Shown here: positions 35,981 through 49,429 of the stretch, piece by piece
Layout: each line of letters opens with the position of its first letter
Position numbering within the stretch: the stretch's first letter is position 1
From: Squalus acanthias
Lineage: Eukaryota
Direction of reading: 5' to 3'
Assembly (NCBI GenBank): GCA_030390025.1
Contig: CM059432.1
Location: 61,568,001-61,632,000, forward strand
Length of the DNA: 64,000 nt
Made by a program: the position numbers and the translations under genes
The notes under the pieces: generated by a model
Database searches by the model: none
What the model was told of the DNA's origin: nothing
Seen by the model: only the letters and a program-made list of their open reading frames with translations

Positions 35981-37761
35981 TAGCTCAACAAGCCAGGGAA
36001 GGGGCACCCAGGGTCTCGCACACAGCACTCCAGCTTTGTGCAGGGCATCAACACTGCAAGAGTGGTCCTCTACCCACAGGAGTCAGGAGCCCCTCCAGAA
36101 AGAACGATGTGGGACCAGATCACCGAGGCCATCATTGCCAGCAATGTCACCCCCACGACCTGGCTCCAGTGCCCAAAGAAGCTTCATGACCTCAGATTAG
36201 TGGTCAAGGTCAGTGAATGCATCCTCAAAAGCTGCCTCCTACCAGCTGCACCACTAGCCTCACACACTACTCATTGCACGACCCCCTCCCCCCCCCCCCG
36301 CCACCGCCATACATCACTCAACTACCAACAATCTGTACCAAACACGAGGCACACCTTCCATTCCAAGCTTCACCTCACCCCCTTGGAGAAGACGGTGCTG
36401 GCCATTCTTGGCAGGGGCATGGCAGCACCATTGGCCAGTGGCAGGGCTGAAAAGATACAAGATGCTGGGATCCTCATACGTTATCCTCCTTCTCACATCC
36501 CACTTCCCCCTCATCCCACAGTCTCTTGATTTACAAGGTGCGCATGGTGTAAGCATCCATCTTTTACTTTCCCACCCTCCCCGCATCACAACTCTACCCT
36601 TGTGCCTTCCTCATTTCACACAACCAAGAAATCCAGCCTGCCCAGCCAATGGTTGATCAAGAAGAGGGACAGGAGAGTGAAGAAGAAGAAGAAACACCAT
36701 CACTCGATTTGACACTCTCAGCCACCAGCTCCTAGAGTTCGTCCTGCAAGGCCATCTGCAGTGTCCCCCACTGAAAGTCAGCAGCCTTCCACCAACTATG
36801 CTGCAGCCACTGAGGTAACACTGCATGACATCAGTAGGATAGGCAAAGGCACACAAGACAGTCACTGAGGGAATGCACATGAGTGATTAGTTGATTTCTT
36901 GCTATCATATTGGATGGATAGATGCATAAAGTTGGATTGGAAAGGTTGCTTTGTGGTGGCTTTTATTTCAGCATTGTGGCCAAGAGGACGCTGTGATGGT
37001 CAGTAACAGAGGGAAGGTAAGATGTGGGACAAATGTTGAAAGGGGAATTGGGGTTGTGGTCACTTGTACCGCGGGCGGATGTTTCCGTCTCAGATATCCC
37101 GGCCAGAAATAGGCTGTCTGGGTTGTATCCTTCCTTCCGCTTCCTCCTCTTCTGCATCTTCCTCTTCTCTCTGCGAGCGGATGCTAGAAATCTGAAATAA
37201 AAGCAGAAAATCTCAAAATACTCAGCAGCTCAGGCAGCATCTCGACCTGAGACGTGAACTCTGTTTCCCTCTCCACGGATGCTACTTGACCTGCTGAGTA
37301 TTTCCAGCATTTTCTGTCTGATCAGAGGCCTTCCTTTACCATCCGAAGCCTTGCAAGCGTCCAGCAGCATTCCCTGCACACTTTAAAAACTTTTCGTATC
37401 TATTGCACCAAGCCACTACTTCAATAAAATATTTAAAAAACCAGTCCAAAAGCTTAAATCCAAACTTACCTGAAAGATGTGGGTGTTCCTTTAAAAAGTG
37501 CTGGCAGCATCTCTGCAGGTCTGCTTCATACACACTTTTGTGAGCATGCTTAGGACCCAGCAGTAAACTCAGCGATAAGGTCGAAGTTTGCAGACAAGGC
37601 GTCAAGTTGGCATTGCAGGCCGATTGACGTCATGCTCTGCTGATTTACATTTCTAGGGCCAACGACAGCCCTATGGCCCTTACCAAAATGGGTCCCACGC
37701 CAGAGGCAGCGGAAGTGAGGCTGCCGCCTTTTTTTTTCCTGAAACGGGCCTTTTCTAGGCC
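35981..37761 (-). mobile_element. Non-autonomous Harbinger derivative B2 (one end missing)
   Basis: Colinear with 11979-13498 and ends in ttttctaggcc. Confidence 0.9.
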
Positions 37762-39660
37762 TTTGTTCAATGCTCAGCTACCACTTGAGTGTTAGTTTCA
37801 TCCAGAGTAAAGTGTTAAATTTCCAGAGTTAAATTTTCAGACCCCTTATGGCTTGTGTAGACAAGCCCATGGAATGTTTCTGCAGAATAGTGAGCTACAT
37901 CACAGCAAATAAAACTCTTTTCAGTCATATCCCTGTGAGTTTTTGAAGATGAGTCATCCAACGCCCCGAGCTAGAACCGTTTCTCCCCCGTTTTTTCTCC
38001 CTTATCTAAAAGGCAGGCTCTGCAGCTAATGTTGACAGTATGAAACATTGTCATTTTGTGTTTTATATTGCTTGATATGGTGTGTTGGCCTTGAGGCAGT
38101 AATTGAGAGATAGAAAGTGAACAATGTAATCTAACAGCACATTCAGCTGAAATGATACAGTATACTGCACCTGTCTAGACTTCTTAAGACTAAACTTGAG
38201 TTGTAATTAGTTTGGAGCTGTAGTCTTATTTTGCAGTCACCAAAAAAAAATTGTTGGATAAACAGACTGCAATTTCTCACTGAAATTCAGATTTAAAGGC
38301 ATTTATTTTCCTTGTTGGAACTTTTGTCTTCTGTGCTGAATGTAGTTCACTTGAAACTGGTAATGGCATCCATCCCATGTCAGGAAGTTTGTGCAGAAAT
38401 TCATTGCCGTTGGCTTTTTTTGAAAGGGTGTGGGGGTTGGGATGGGGGGTGGTTTGGTGAAGAGAACAGGAGCCCATGTGGTCACATGAATTATTCATCA
38501 TTCTGTTTTTTCAGGCACAGTGATAGTAGACAGTGTTGTGTTTTGAGACCCAACTGTTCTGCAGCATATAGAGGGCTGATAAGATTACTTTCAGATAAGT
38601 GTTACTGACAGCCCAGACCTTGACAGTTCTGCCAAGCTTCCAGGGATATCATTCATCAGTACTTTCCGTTGCTGGTGAGCCATGTTTAGAAATCGGCACT
38701 TTCAGTGAAACTTTCAAGGAGTTTAAGAGCATTGTCTTGTGAATTGAATAATCACGATTAAGGAAAACATATTCTCTCATCATCTTCTAATCATTTAAAC
38801 TGACAACAGAACTGATTTATACTATTTTTATACGAGATTTTGGCGTGAAGCCAGAAAATGGGGCAAGTCTAACGATCAAAAGCATTTGATTGGTGAACTG
38901 CACGAAGGCATTTGCCAGCAGAACTCCATAGGAATGTGGGACTGGATAACTTAGAGTTAAAGATAGAGACTGTGTGCATATAGTAGCCTGAGCCAGGTTC
39001 TAAATTCAGCAGTCTGTTCAGCTTTCCAACAGGCTGTTATCAAAAGTGCCTTCAGCTCTCGGTATTAAGACCAAAAGATTCTTGTAAAAACTTTTAAGTC
39101 TCTATATTCAACCAGAATACTTATGAAGACAGAATGGTGTACACAACAGAGTAAGTTTCTGTTTAAAGTTAACTCCTTTTTGATTGTTCATTGATCCTTT
39201 TGCTACGTTGTGTTTCTCTGGTATTTAAATATTTTTCTATTTTAAAAAGCTTCAATTAAAAGTATTACAAATGCTGTTTAGTACCTCCTTTAGCACACGT
39301 TTTAAATGGGGTTGTTTTATATATTAGCTTTTCAAAACATTTTCTCCGTGCTGCAGATGTTCTTAAATGGAAATTCCCCTTGCTTTACTCTCTTGAAAGT
39401 GTGGCATAATGACTATAAATGGTGCTTCTAAACTTACTGTACCTAATAGATTACTGTCAATAGAATGAGAACTTAAAACGGTCTCCTTTGTCACTTTCAG
39501 ACTATATATTTATACATCTAATTACTATAGTAAAGGTAAACAAACAAATATTGCTGGCTGTCAGATAGTCAGTAACAGTTCTAGTATATTAGATCTTCTC
39601 TTCCTTTTTAGAGATCCATGCAAAGTGTGTTTATAGACAAGGGTGTGTTACAGAAACTAT

Positions 39661-40080
39661 GGGGGGAATTTTAATCTCCCTGTGACGGGCTGGAGAGGGT
39701 CGGGGTGTTAAAAATAAAGAATCGTGTAACTCGACGCCAACCCGCCACGCAACGCGCCTGCCACCATTTTTACGGAGACGCGTTGCGTGGCATGTCTGTG
39801 TCCCACTCTTGAGGCAGGTCACCTCATTATAATATTTCAATCAGGCTCCCACAGTGCAGTTGGGAGCCTGATTTAAATTTAATGCTGGCCGGCTAGGATT
39901 CCCAAGGCACGCAAATCAGCAGCAAAATGGAGACGGTAACAACTGGATCAAGCAGGTAAGTGCTTTTGATAGCACTGCTTGTGAGCCAGAAGAAGCAGGA
40001 GTGCTCCCCCGGCCCCTCAAGCAAATCTTCTACTTCAACCCCCTTACATCCCTGGCATAGGGCCTTCTAAAGTCCCCAAA
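39661..40080. mobile_element. Harbinger-type MITE fragment
   Basis: Starts ggggggaatttt and contains the aggtaag plus gcaggagtgctcc module. Confidence 0.6.
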
Positions 40081-40275
40081 CCTTCACTAGAGTAAGGTAA
40101 TCAGTTCTGGAGACAATCGATTAGCTTCTCTAGTCGGAGTGGCTCTAATAGGAGCCGAAGAGTTTAAAAAAAATTTCTTTGGTCCCATTTGAGTCTCTGG
40201 AAGACTCTGCCTTCGAAGGATAGATTGGCTTAGGCCTGTCGCAGCTATGCACATGGCCCTGTCCCTGGAATTTGA

Positions 40276-40595
40276 GGGCTGAATCTTAACTCCCAAAAAC
40301 GGGTGGGTTGGGGTCAGGTCAGAGGTTAAAATTCAGAAAATCTGAAACAGGAAGCCAACCCACCTCAAACCCGCACACTTCCGGTTTTAACAGAGGCGGG
40401 CCGAGGGCGGGCGACCAATCCGCTCACGGGAGGCGTGTTGGTCATTTAAATATTATAATGAGGCTACGTGCCTTCATTTTAACAGTCATTCTATTTTTAA
40501 CTCATGTCAGCTGGGTTTCCCAGGACTCGGGCAACCCGGCAGGCGAAAGGAGGCGAGAAGGGTTGAATCCATGAGGTAAGTACCTTTACTACAAC
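40276..40595. mobile_element. Harbinger-type MITE fragment
   Basis: Starts gggctgaatcttaac, resembles 5403-5700, and ends near gaggtaagt. A matching-type TIR (aaaatccagccc) lies at ~40832-40843. Confidence 0.6.
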
Positions 40596-41119
40596 TCAAT
40601 TGAGTTGTAGCTATTAAAAATTATTTTGTTTATTTAAGTTAAGTTCCTTTCATTTCTAGCTTTGACTGCACTTTATATGCACTTGCTTAATTTAGAATCT
40701 TATTAGCACTTTTTGCTCACAAGAACTTCAGGAGTATCTGGTATCCATGATGGAACTTGACCATTTGCTTTTGGCCTAATCATTGTAAAAGTAAATGGTT
40801 AAAGCAGGTAACACAGCACGTCTCCATTGAGAAAATCCAGCCCATGGTTATAGTGGAAGGTGATCCCACTACTAAGCCTGCCTTTAGCTTTTTTAATTCT
40901 GGCACGCATAAAATTCTAGGGTTTTTGAAAGTCGAAAGTGCAAAGATGACTCTTCACTTTCTCATCACTTTAATGGAAAGGGGTATAGTGGTCATAGGAA
41001 TGCGTAACTTTTATTTCGAAGGTCATGAGTTTGATTCGCATGGCCACTGGTCGCTGCAAGTTGCATGCTTCAATTAGGCAAATTCTACAATTCTTAAGAA
41101 TAAATCATTCATAAACCTA

Positions 41120-41525
41120 ATCCCATCCAAAACTCTGCTGCCTGGATCCCAACTCGCACCAAGTCCTGTTCACCCATCACCCCTGTGCTCGTTGACCTAC
41201 ATTGGCTCCCGGTTGAGCAACACATCGATTTAAAATTCTCATCCTTGTTTACAAATCCCTCCATAGCCTCACCCCTCCCTATCTCTGTAACTTCCTGTAG
41301 CCCTACAACCCTCTGAGATCTTGGTGCTCCTCCAATTCTAGCCTCTTGCACATCCCCAATTTTAACCGCTCCACAATTGGCGGCCATGCCTTCAGCTGCC
41401 GAGGCCCTAAACTCTGGAATTCCCCTAAGCCTCTCCACCTCTCTACCTCTCTTTCCTCCTTTAAGACGCTCCTTAAAACATACCTCTTTGACCGTCAAAA
41501 TATCTCCTTATGTGGCTCAGTGTTA
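41120..41525 (+). mobile_element. L2-type LINE 3' fragment
   Basis: Encodes HITPVLVDLHWLPV...FKILIL...KLWNS and is homologous to 19290-19682. Confidence 0.8.
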
Positions 41526-41529
41526 AATT

Positions 41530-41868
41530 ACAGCAATTCGCCAAGGCTCCTTCAACAGCACCTCCAAAACCCTCGACCTTTAACATCTAGAAGGACAGGG
41601 GCAGCAGGCACATGGGAACACCACGACTTCCAAGTTCCCCTCCAAGGCACACACCATCCTGACATGGAAATATATTGCCATTCCTTCATCGTCGCTGGAT
41701 CAAAATCCTGGAACTCCCTCCCTAACAGCACTATGGGAGTACCTTCACCACACGGACTGCAGCAGTTCAAGAAGGCGGCTCACCACCACCTTCTCAAGGA
41801 CAGTTCGGGATGGGCAATAAATGCTGGCCTTGCCAGCAACGCCCACATCCCAGGAATGAATAAAAAAA
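41530..41868 (+). mobile_element. 3' end of another non-LTR retrotransposon
   Basis: SFIVAGSKSWNSLP...FKKAAHHHLLK followed by gggatgggcaataaatgctggcc and an A-rich tail. A second copy lies at 61620-61830. Confidence 0.75.
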
Positions 41869-42397
41869 ATGTAGATGCAAGCTTGGACTGGAAATGTAGC
41901 ACTTAAAGGATACAAATTCAAAATTATGAGTGTGTAGCAAGATTAGAAGAATTTTTGAGGGAGATATGTGGAGCCCACTCCCAGTAAAAGCAGCTTCTGC
42001 TTTATAAACACAAATAAATTTGGGTGGCCCTTGATGATATTGTGCTGCAAAAACCATGAATATGATTTTTGTGGAAAGCAGCTAGTTGAGAATGAATAAA
42101 CATGGATTTTCCTACCAGAAACAGTGGTAAAAGTGCGTTTATTCATTCACAAATGGATAAATAGTTGAAAAAGAAGAGTATGAGGAAAGGGCAAGAAATT
42201 GGATATCTCTTTGTGATGGTGTGATGGCCCAAATGGCCTCTTTCAGTGTTGTAAAATTTTAAGATTGTAACGTGGAGTTAGTATTAAGTATTCAAAGATT
42301 TTGTGTTATGTAGTTGGGTAAGATTACAGAAAACAATATATACTGTGATATTTAATATATTGTCATATAAGTACATATAATAAACTGCAATTTTACT

Positions 42398-42780
42398 TTG
42401 TGTTCAAATCCCTTCCATGGCCTTGCCCCGCCCTATCTCTGTAACCTCCTCCAACCCTACAACCATCCGAGAACTCTGCGTTCCCTCACTTGCAGTCTCT
42501 TGTGCATCTGCAATTTCCTTTGCCCCATCATTGGCAGCCGTGCCTTTAACTGTCTAGGCCCTAAGCTTTGGAATTCCCTCCCTAAACCACTCCCCTCTCC
42601 ACCTCTCTCTCCTTTAAGATGCTCCTTAAAACCTACTTCTTTGACCAAGCTTTTGGTCATCTGTCCTAATATCTCTTTGTGTGGCTCGGTGTCGAATTTT
42701 GTTTTATAACGCTCCTGTGAAACTTCTTGGGATGTTTTACTACGTTAAAGATGCTATATAAATGTAAGTTGGTGTTGTTT
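42398..42780 (+). mobile_element. L2-type LINE 3' end
   Basis: Homologous to 19290-19682, including the tail. Confidence 0.8.
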
Positions 42781-43689
42781 ATTGACCACAGATAATTTAT
42801 TTGTAAACCTACAGCAATTATATACTAAACACCTTTAAAGCAACTCTATTGACCACCTGCTGCATTGCAATTATTAAAGATATCATAAATATTTAGCTCT
42901 ACTACTTTCTTAATAGTATGTGTGTAGAAGAGTAATTTCATCAACTAAGAAACTACAGCATGCTCTTGAAAAATATTTTTGAACTGATTTAAAACCATTC
43001 ACACCTCCCAACTGCAGGACCACACCATAAAACGATTACAATAACTAACTAAATGCTAATGAACAAAAATCTTCATCTTACACTAAGTAAGTGATGGAAG
43101 GATGTGGTTTAATGTTTGTAACCTGATCTCAGGTTTTAGATGATTGATATAATCTGCTTGAGCTTTGCTGTTTCAATCTACAATGTCATCGGAACTCTAT
43201 TGGATTCTAGCCTGTAATCGCTCCTTGCTGCCTATTTGCTATATATAATACTGCGGTTTGTTGCATGGTGTTCTCAACATATTTAATTTGGTGATTAATG
43301 CAATATTATTAGTACCTGTAGTAAAACTGAATTTACAGGATATTTATTGCCCCATGTTTAAGTTAGGAGCTTTGAATCCCTGAGTAGCCCAGTCCATTTG
43401 ACAGGTTGAGTTTCAGCAGCTCATGAGGCTACAGGATGGAGTCCTGTACGAAGGTGAGGCATTCTTTTTCAGTGAGGTGATAGAAGGAAAGTAGGACTTA
43501 GACCAGTTCTTCCCTCACCACTTAACTGCCACTCCTTGGGTTAATGCTTACTGACACCCTTCTCATTTTCCTCTGTTATTGGTGTCCCTCCCATTCAAAG
43601 CTGGCCACGGGAGACAAACACAGGATGGAAAGTTGCCTACATAATACACGTCTTCATCATGTTGAGGATTGCCTTCTCAAGTGCTCTCC

Positions 43690-44200
43690 TCCACCCTTGA
43701 CAATTAACCTTAAACTTCAATTAATCCAAAACTCTAAGGCTCAAATCCTTTCAAGCACCAAATTCCTCCTGTCCTTAGTAAGCTGTACTTGCTTCCTGTT
43801 TCCCAATGTATTAATTTCAAGGTCCTTATCTATAAATTACTCCATGACCTTGACCCTTCCTTGCTGAGTGATCTCCACTTAAATGTCCCAGCAAGCACCT
43901 TCCACTCTTCTGACTCTAGATTTTTTTGCTGCTCCCTCCACTTTACCATCGATAGCTGATTTTTCAGTCACTATGCCCTTGCTCTCTGGTACGTCCCTAA
44001 ATCACCCCATCTTACCACTTCTCTCATTTACTTCAAACATTTGTTAAAGACGGATAATGCTTTCTACACCTCCCCCCCCCACCCCCAATTCAATCTGTCT
44101 CACCCCCTGCTTGGGGTACAGCTTTCTCCTCATTGATAAATGCATTGACACGTTTCTCTGATCTAAGTGGTACTTTACAAATCTAAGTTGTTATTGTTTT
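43690..44200 (+). mobile_element. Highly degenerate L2-type 3' end
   Basis: KLQLIQN motif and tail aaatctaagttgttattgtt. Confidence 0.45.
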
Positions 44201-47200
44201 TGTCTACCCCAGGCAATAATCATAGAAGTTGTTCTTTAAGCTCTTACTGTACTTCAAATAAAGTGCGGTAATTCTACCTCAGATTTCGATTTGGAACCAT
44301 GCACTGCAAAAAATGCATTTTGTTTATTTCATAAAATTAAGGAAAACAAAGTTTAAGAAACTCTTTCAAGCAGTAAATTGGTATATTTTAATTTATGGTA
44401 AATGTTGAATTTTAAGTTTGTTTTAAACTGTTTACGGTAGTTTTGCCCTAGTTGACATTCATATACCCTATATACTATTAAAAAAATTGCTTTTACTTCT
44501 TCTTCTGACCTGCTGATTGGCCCCTTTGACCAATGTTGCCTTCTGGTGATCAGCTTGGTCAGTGGGAATCATGTGCCCCCCGCTACATTATGCTTGATTT
44601 GGTCCATGAAATATGACTCATGGTGAATCGCTAGATTTTGTTTTCCAATAATGGTAGCTGGTCTTTCTTCTCATCTTTTTCTAGCCCCATTCCTGCTTTA
44701 TCCTTACCAGCCTGAGCTGCAGGTGCCCCCTAAAGAGACAAGAGTGTCCATCTCACTCCACCTGGCTTCTTGCCACTAGCTCTGAGTGCCCCTGGTCTAG
44801 GGAATAGGGCCTTGAGTGGTGAAATGGTGAGCAATGGGATGCAGGTGTATTAGTTAATGGGAATGTAGCTGGAATATGGAAAAGGATGACCCAGGCCAGA
44901 AATAGAGCCAGAATATTTACTGTGAGGACTGGGAGCAGAGCTGGAGCACTTGGCCAGGCTCATCTGGGCTGGGAGCCTAATGGAAAGAAAGAATAAAACA
45001 CTAATTAGAACTGGTTTTAGGCTCTTTTTTCCTTTTCTTGCTGGAGCTGCAACAAACCTCAAACAACAGCTTCCACACATCAACAGGGAGGAAATAAATA
45101 ATGAATGCATCTCGGGGGAAATAAATAGTAAAACACTTGCTAATTTTAAATAGAATTACTCATGGTTTAATATTTCCATTGCCAAATACCCAGGGTCACC
45201 TCTTTCTTTTCTTTTCTGATTCTCGAATCAAATTACTGCAGACTGAAATCTGAAACCTAACAATTAAATTTTTCAAGCTTTTTTTTTGCTATTTGTACCA
45301 ATCTACAGAAAGAAACAAGCCCAAGTTTAATAATTTGTTATAAACTTCAACCATGGGAAAATTATGAATATATTACAATAAAATTATATAGATTCTCAGA
45401 TTTAAAAATAACAGTAGCTACAGGGTAATGCAAATGTTTTTATTATTTATTCAATATAATTTACAAATAGTTTGAAAAACAAACCAGGGTGCAGGCGATG
45501 CTACTAAATTCTACTCTTCAAATATTGTCAGCATATTTCACATGCTTTTGATACTTTTTGAATTTATGAACCATGGTGAGAAATATTATACGGAATCAAC
45601 AGTAAAAGAAAAGGTGTGTGATAATAGAAGCAGTTCACTGCAAATGTAAAGAATGCAAAACAAGTTTAGAAAAATAAAGTCTAATGTACAAAGGATTTAC
45701 TTCAACTTCATGGTTTAACTGATAAGTACACCCTACAGGAAATATAACTAGCTGATTTTCCTAGCTTTTAATTTGATATTTTAATTCCACCTCCCCCCGG
45801 CAATTTTCTCTCCTGAAGTATGAGGCTCATGCTTGGGTAAGGTTTAATGAATGCCAGCAACCCTCCCAATTAGCTTTACCCAATTTGTGCAACTAAAATT
45901 AATACCGTTTGGGATCTTTCTGGGACCAGGAACTATAACATTGGCAATTATAGCAAAGGACATATTTTAATATTGAATAAGGCAAACTAAGCCTTGATTA
46001 TTTCTCGTAAGGTGATCAATGAGTGGTAATTTTAACTTTCGGTGATGGCAAAAAACAAGCGATCGGATCGGCCACTTGTTATACACACTGCCGATTTTCC
46101 TTTCCATTGAAATCAATGCACGAATGTTGAGGTCAGTGGTACAATTCCCATTCCTGCATTGGCTGACACCAATTTAGCTCAAACCAGGGACCTTCCTAAT
46201 ATGTATGGACCAGAAGCACACCACATAATGTACTTACTCAGTAAGTCACTGTTTAAACTTTTTGTTAATTAAAGTTTTAGGTGTGTTCAGGAAACTTGAG
46301 GTTAAACACTCCCATGTATTTTTTGGATGGAAAATGAAATGCTTGTTTTTTTTTTTGCTGATGCATGTATCATTACAGTACCATGCTGCAACCTTATCCA
46401 GTCTGCCCAACTCAATTATTACCATTTGGGATTCTTCTGGGACCAGGACAGATGGCATATTTTAGGATTGAATAAGGAAGTCTGAGTCCTGTCTGTTTCT
46501 GGGTAGAAAAGCTGTTAGGTGTGTTGGGATCTTCAAGAAAGCTGGTTCCCCAGAGAAAGTGGGAAAATTGCTAACTATAGTATAAGTGATGCACACATTT
46601 TATTACCTTTCAGTGTTATTTCAAGTTTACTAGGGCTGCTTTAAAATTTGAATAAACAAAAAAATTAGAATAGGCTTTTAAAGTGACTCAAGTGAGTAAA
46701 TGGACCATGTGAACATATCAGGAAGGTCCATGGTTTTGAATGCTTTTGTGCTGGGTTAGCGTCAGCTATTGTTGTTATGGGGTACTTAAAAGATCCTGTG
46801 GCACTATTCAAAGAAAAGCCAGGAGTTCTCATAGTTTTTCAGCCAACATTCCTCCTTCAACTAACATTGTTCCCTCAATTAACCCCAACAACAAAAACCC
46901 AAGGAGGGCCCATCAGCAGTGTCTGTTGAGGTAACTACATGCTCCATGGTTGACTGCAGCCTTACAGTAGAGGTTACTGTATATTGAGATAGAAGTCAGG
47001 AGTAGAAAGCCTAATTTTGTACTTCTTATCCCAGGAATGCTGAAGCCAATTTTAGTATTCCCATTCCATTTCCCACCTAAGTTTAGTTAACTTAGCACAG
47101 ATCGAACCTGTGATCTCTTCAGTCTGTATGGCTCAGCTACTTATTGGAAAAAAATCATTGAGCCATTGGAGGAGCCATAGTTACAATTTGTATCGAAATT

Positions 47201-47459
47201 CTGGTTAAAATAAAACATTTCCATCTAACCTTCCACTCCATTTTTCTATTTGGAACCTATTTATGCCATTGAGTTCTAGTACCACAAAAAACTGTAGCAA
47301 AATCGAGCAGCAGTATTAACCAGTTAGATGAATCAGAGTAAGAGTTGTATATACAGTGAATTTGTGACTGAATACAGTATTGCAAGTGCAGCTACATACA
47401 GTGTACAGCAACTTACATTTATGTGACAATTCTTGCGTAAAAGAACATTTGAGTGCTAG

Positions 47460-47735
47460 AATCATAGAAGTTTACAGCACAGAAAGAGGCCCTTTGGCCC
47501 ATTGTCTTTGTGTAAATTCTTGGTGACAGAAATGCAAATGCAAAACTAATCCCATTGCCCCATGATCTCCTCATAGCCCTGGAGCTTCCTCTGCTTCAAA
47601 TATTTATCCAATTTTACATTAAAGGATGGAATGGACCGTTCCTTCAACCGCTCTCTAGCAAAGCATTACGTGCTCCAATAACCCTCTGTATGAAGACATT
47701 TCTTCTAATCTCTCTCCTCACTCTCTTAGTGATCA
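47460..47735 (-). mobile_element. Old CR1 3' fragment
   Basis: REIRRNVFIQRVIGARNAL and an antisense tail (atcatagaagtttacagcacagaa). Confidence 0.65.
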
Positions 47736-47889
47736 TTTTAAATTGAGTGCATTGTAACATTGAGAGTTTGTAGTTAGGTGCCAAGCAGCAAGGCCATGTA
47801 TGCTCCAAAATGCATGTGATTAACTGATATTTATTGTTTACTAAGTATTTTTGATGTAATTCTAGGTCAATCATAACACAGGAATGGGG

Positions 47890-49135
47890 TAGATGATCCA
47901 GTTCTGTAATTTATCTAGAGGACTATTTCAGCAGGAAAACAGAATTGTCTGTACGAGTCAAAGTCATCACTGCCTTGAATTTCTTTGCAACTGATTCCCT
48001 CCAGGAAGCATCTGGTGACCTTTGTCATATTACTCTGTTAGCAGCTAACCATTAAACAAAAAAAGTCACTGATGCTCTTTTCAGTTCATTTCCTTCTCAG
48101 TGGAACCAGATGTACAATGAGAGAGAGAGCTATCCTTTTCTACAGACTGGGCTATTATCTGCAAAACTTCCTCTTCGTGCAGACTCAGGGTTTTCAGTAG
48201 TTCTGCAGTTGCATTTCTCTGGTGTTGGTTATGCGTGATTTTTTTTATTTGCAGGCAGAAAACACAATGGCCTGTAATTTGCGGTCAGCGGTAAAGCAAA
48301 GGTGCTCACCGCTGACCTCGAAGAAAGTTGCCCACAGTGATCTCACGATCTCAGTGGCAAAAATTTGAGGTTTCTCGACCTGTAATTGATTGTAGCGCTG
48401 TGAATAGCAGATTCCTAGAGTGATGCAGCCATGACATCATCAAGCTGTCTAAGCAGCTAATCACATTGAAGAATTCTCACAGACAGCAAACCAGGAAATA
48501 AAAAAGTAGCTTTTATCCTCACTTTTTAAAATGTTAGCGAGCGAAATAAAGATTGGGACTTTTACATGGTGATAAGGTAGAAGCTGAAATATCGTGAACA
48601 AACTTAAAACATTTTTTTTAATTGTAATTTTTATCATAATGGCGAAATTTGACATTCCACAAATATAAAAATTCGTTTTTCAGGGCCAGAACGGTTGTTT
48701 AGCAGTCAAGAGACTGTTAAAACCCCAGTTACATCTATTCCAACAAGGATTAACATTTAATGGGGTATTTAATAACGATATTAGCACAGAATAGCTCAAG
48801 TTTTCATCAGTTCCACTTAATTCACAGATTGCCGGCTATGCGGGTGGGAGGTGGGGTGGCGGGCGCTGTTCCACCGTCCAGCAAGTGTCAGAGCAGTGAA
48901 TTACTGACCGCAACTTCAGGATTTCTGCGTTTAGATGCGCATGCGCTAAATCCTGAAGTTGCGGTCTATTTCAGAGGGGTAATGACAGCGAACGCTGACA
49001 GTTCATCATCATTACCCACTGCAAAATTCCAATTTGGTCTCCAATGTTACAGGAATGTGACTGGCATGGATATTTCTTTCCCCCCATACAAGTGCATGCA
49101 TCCCATGATGATGAGACCTGCAGATGCACTGTCCT
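47890..49135 (+). pseudogene. Old Harbinger transposase relic, split by a MITE
   Basis: LSVRVKVITALNFFATDSLQEASGDLCHI...KKVTDALF at 47945-48085. 49060-49130 is the reverse-complement homologue of 6270-6340. Confidence 0.7.
48269..49033. mobile_element. Harbinger-type MITE
   Basis: Starts ggcctgtaatttgcgg and ends ...ctgcaaaattcca (outermost bases lost). Confidence 0.65.
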
Positions 49136-49429
49136 GTTGCTTTAATATTTATGTTCCTTAACTCAAATTTTTGGATAATTCAAGTCTTTTTTAGCACAAA
49201 AGAACATTGATTATCAGACTGTCATTCATAACCCTCTGTTTTGCCCCCAAACATTGGAGACCAATAGGGAAGTTGCTTTATTCATTTCTTCAGTGGTGAC
49301 CAATTGAGGTATGGGTTACAGAGGTTACTCATGAGGGCTATGCACTGCAGTTCAAAAGACCTTTCCTTTCCCTCCAGGTAAGCACCACAGAGGCAGAATG
49401 AGAAATATTGCATTATTTAGAAATACAAA

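Noticed and set aside
35170..36054. Domesticated host HARBI1 gene
   Set aside because: It lies inside a TIR-bearing element with a partner Myb gene, has a chimeric N-terminus, and has several decayed paralogues in the window.
39040..39156. Candidate exon ending at a|gtaagt
   Set aside because: Nearby stops in the upstream frames checked and no recognisable product.
40980..41050. tRNA-like A-box and B-box sequence
   Set aside because: I could not fold a cloverleaf; at most a decayed SINE head. A similar relic lies on minus at ~47090-47180.
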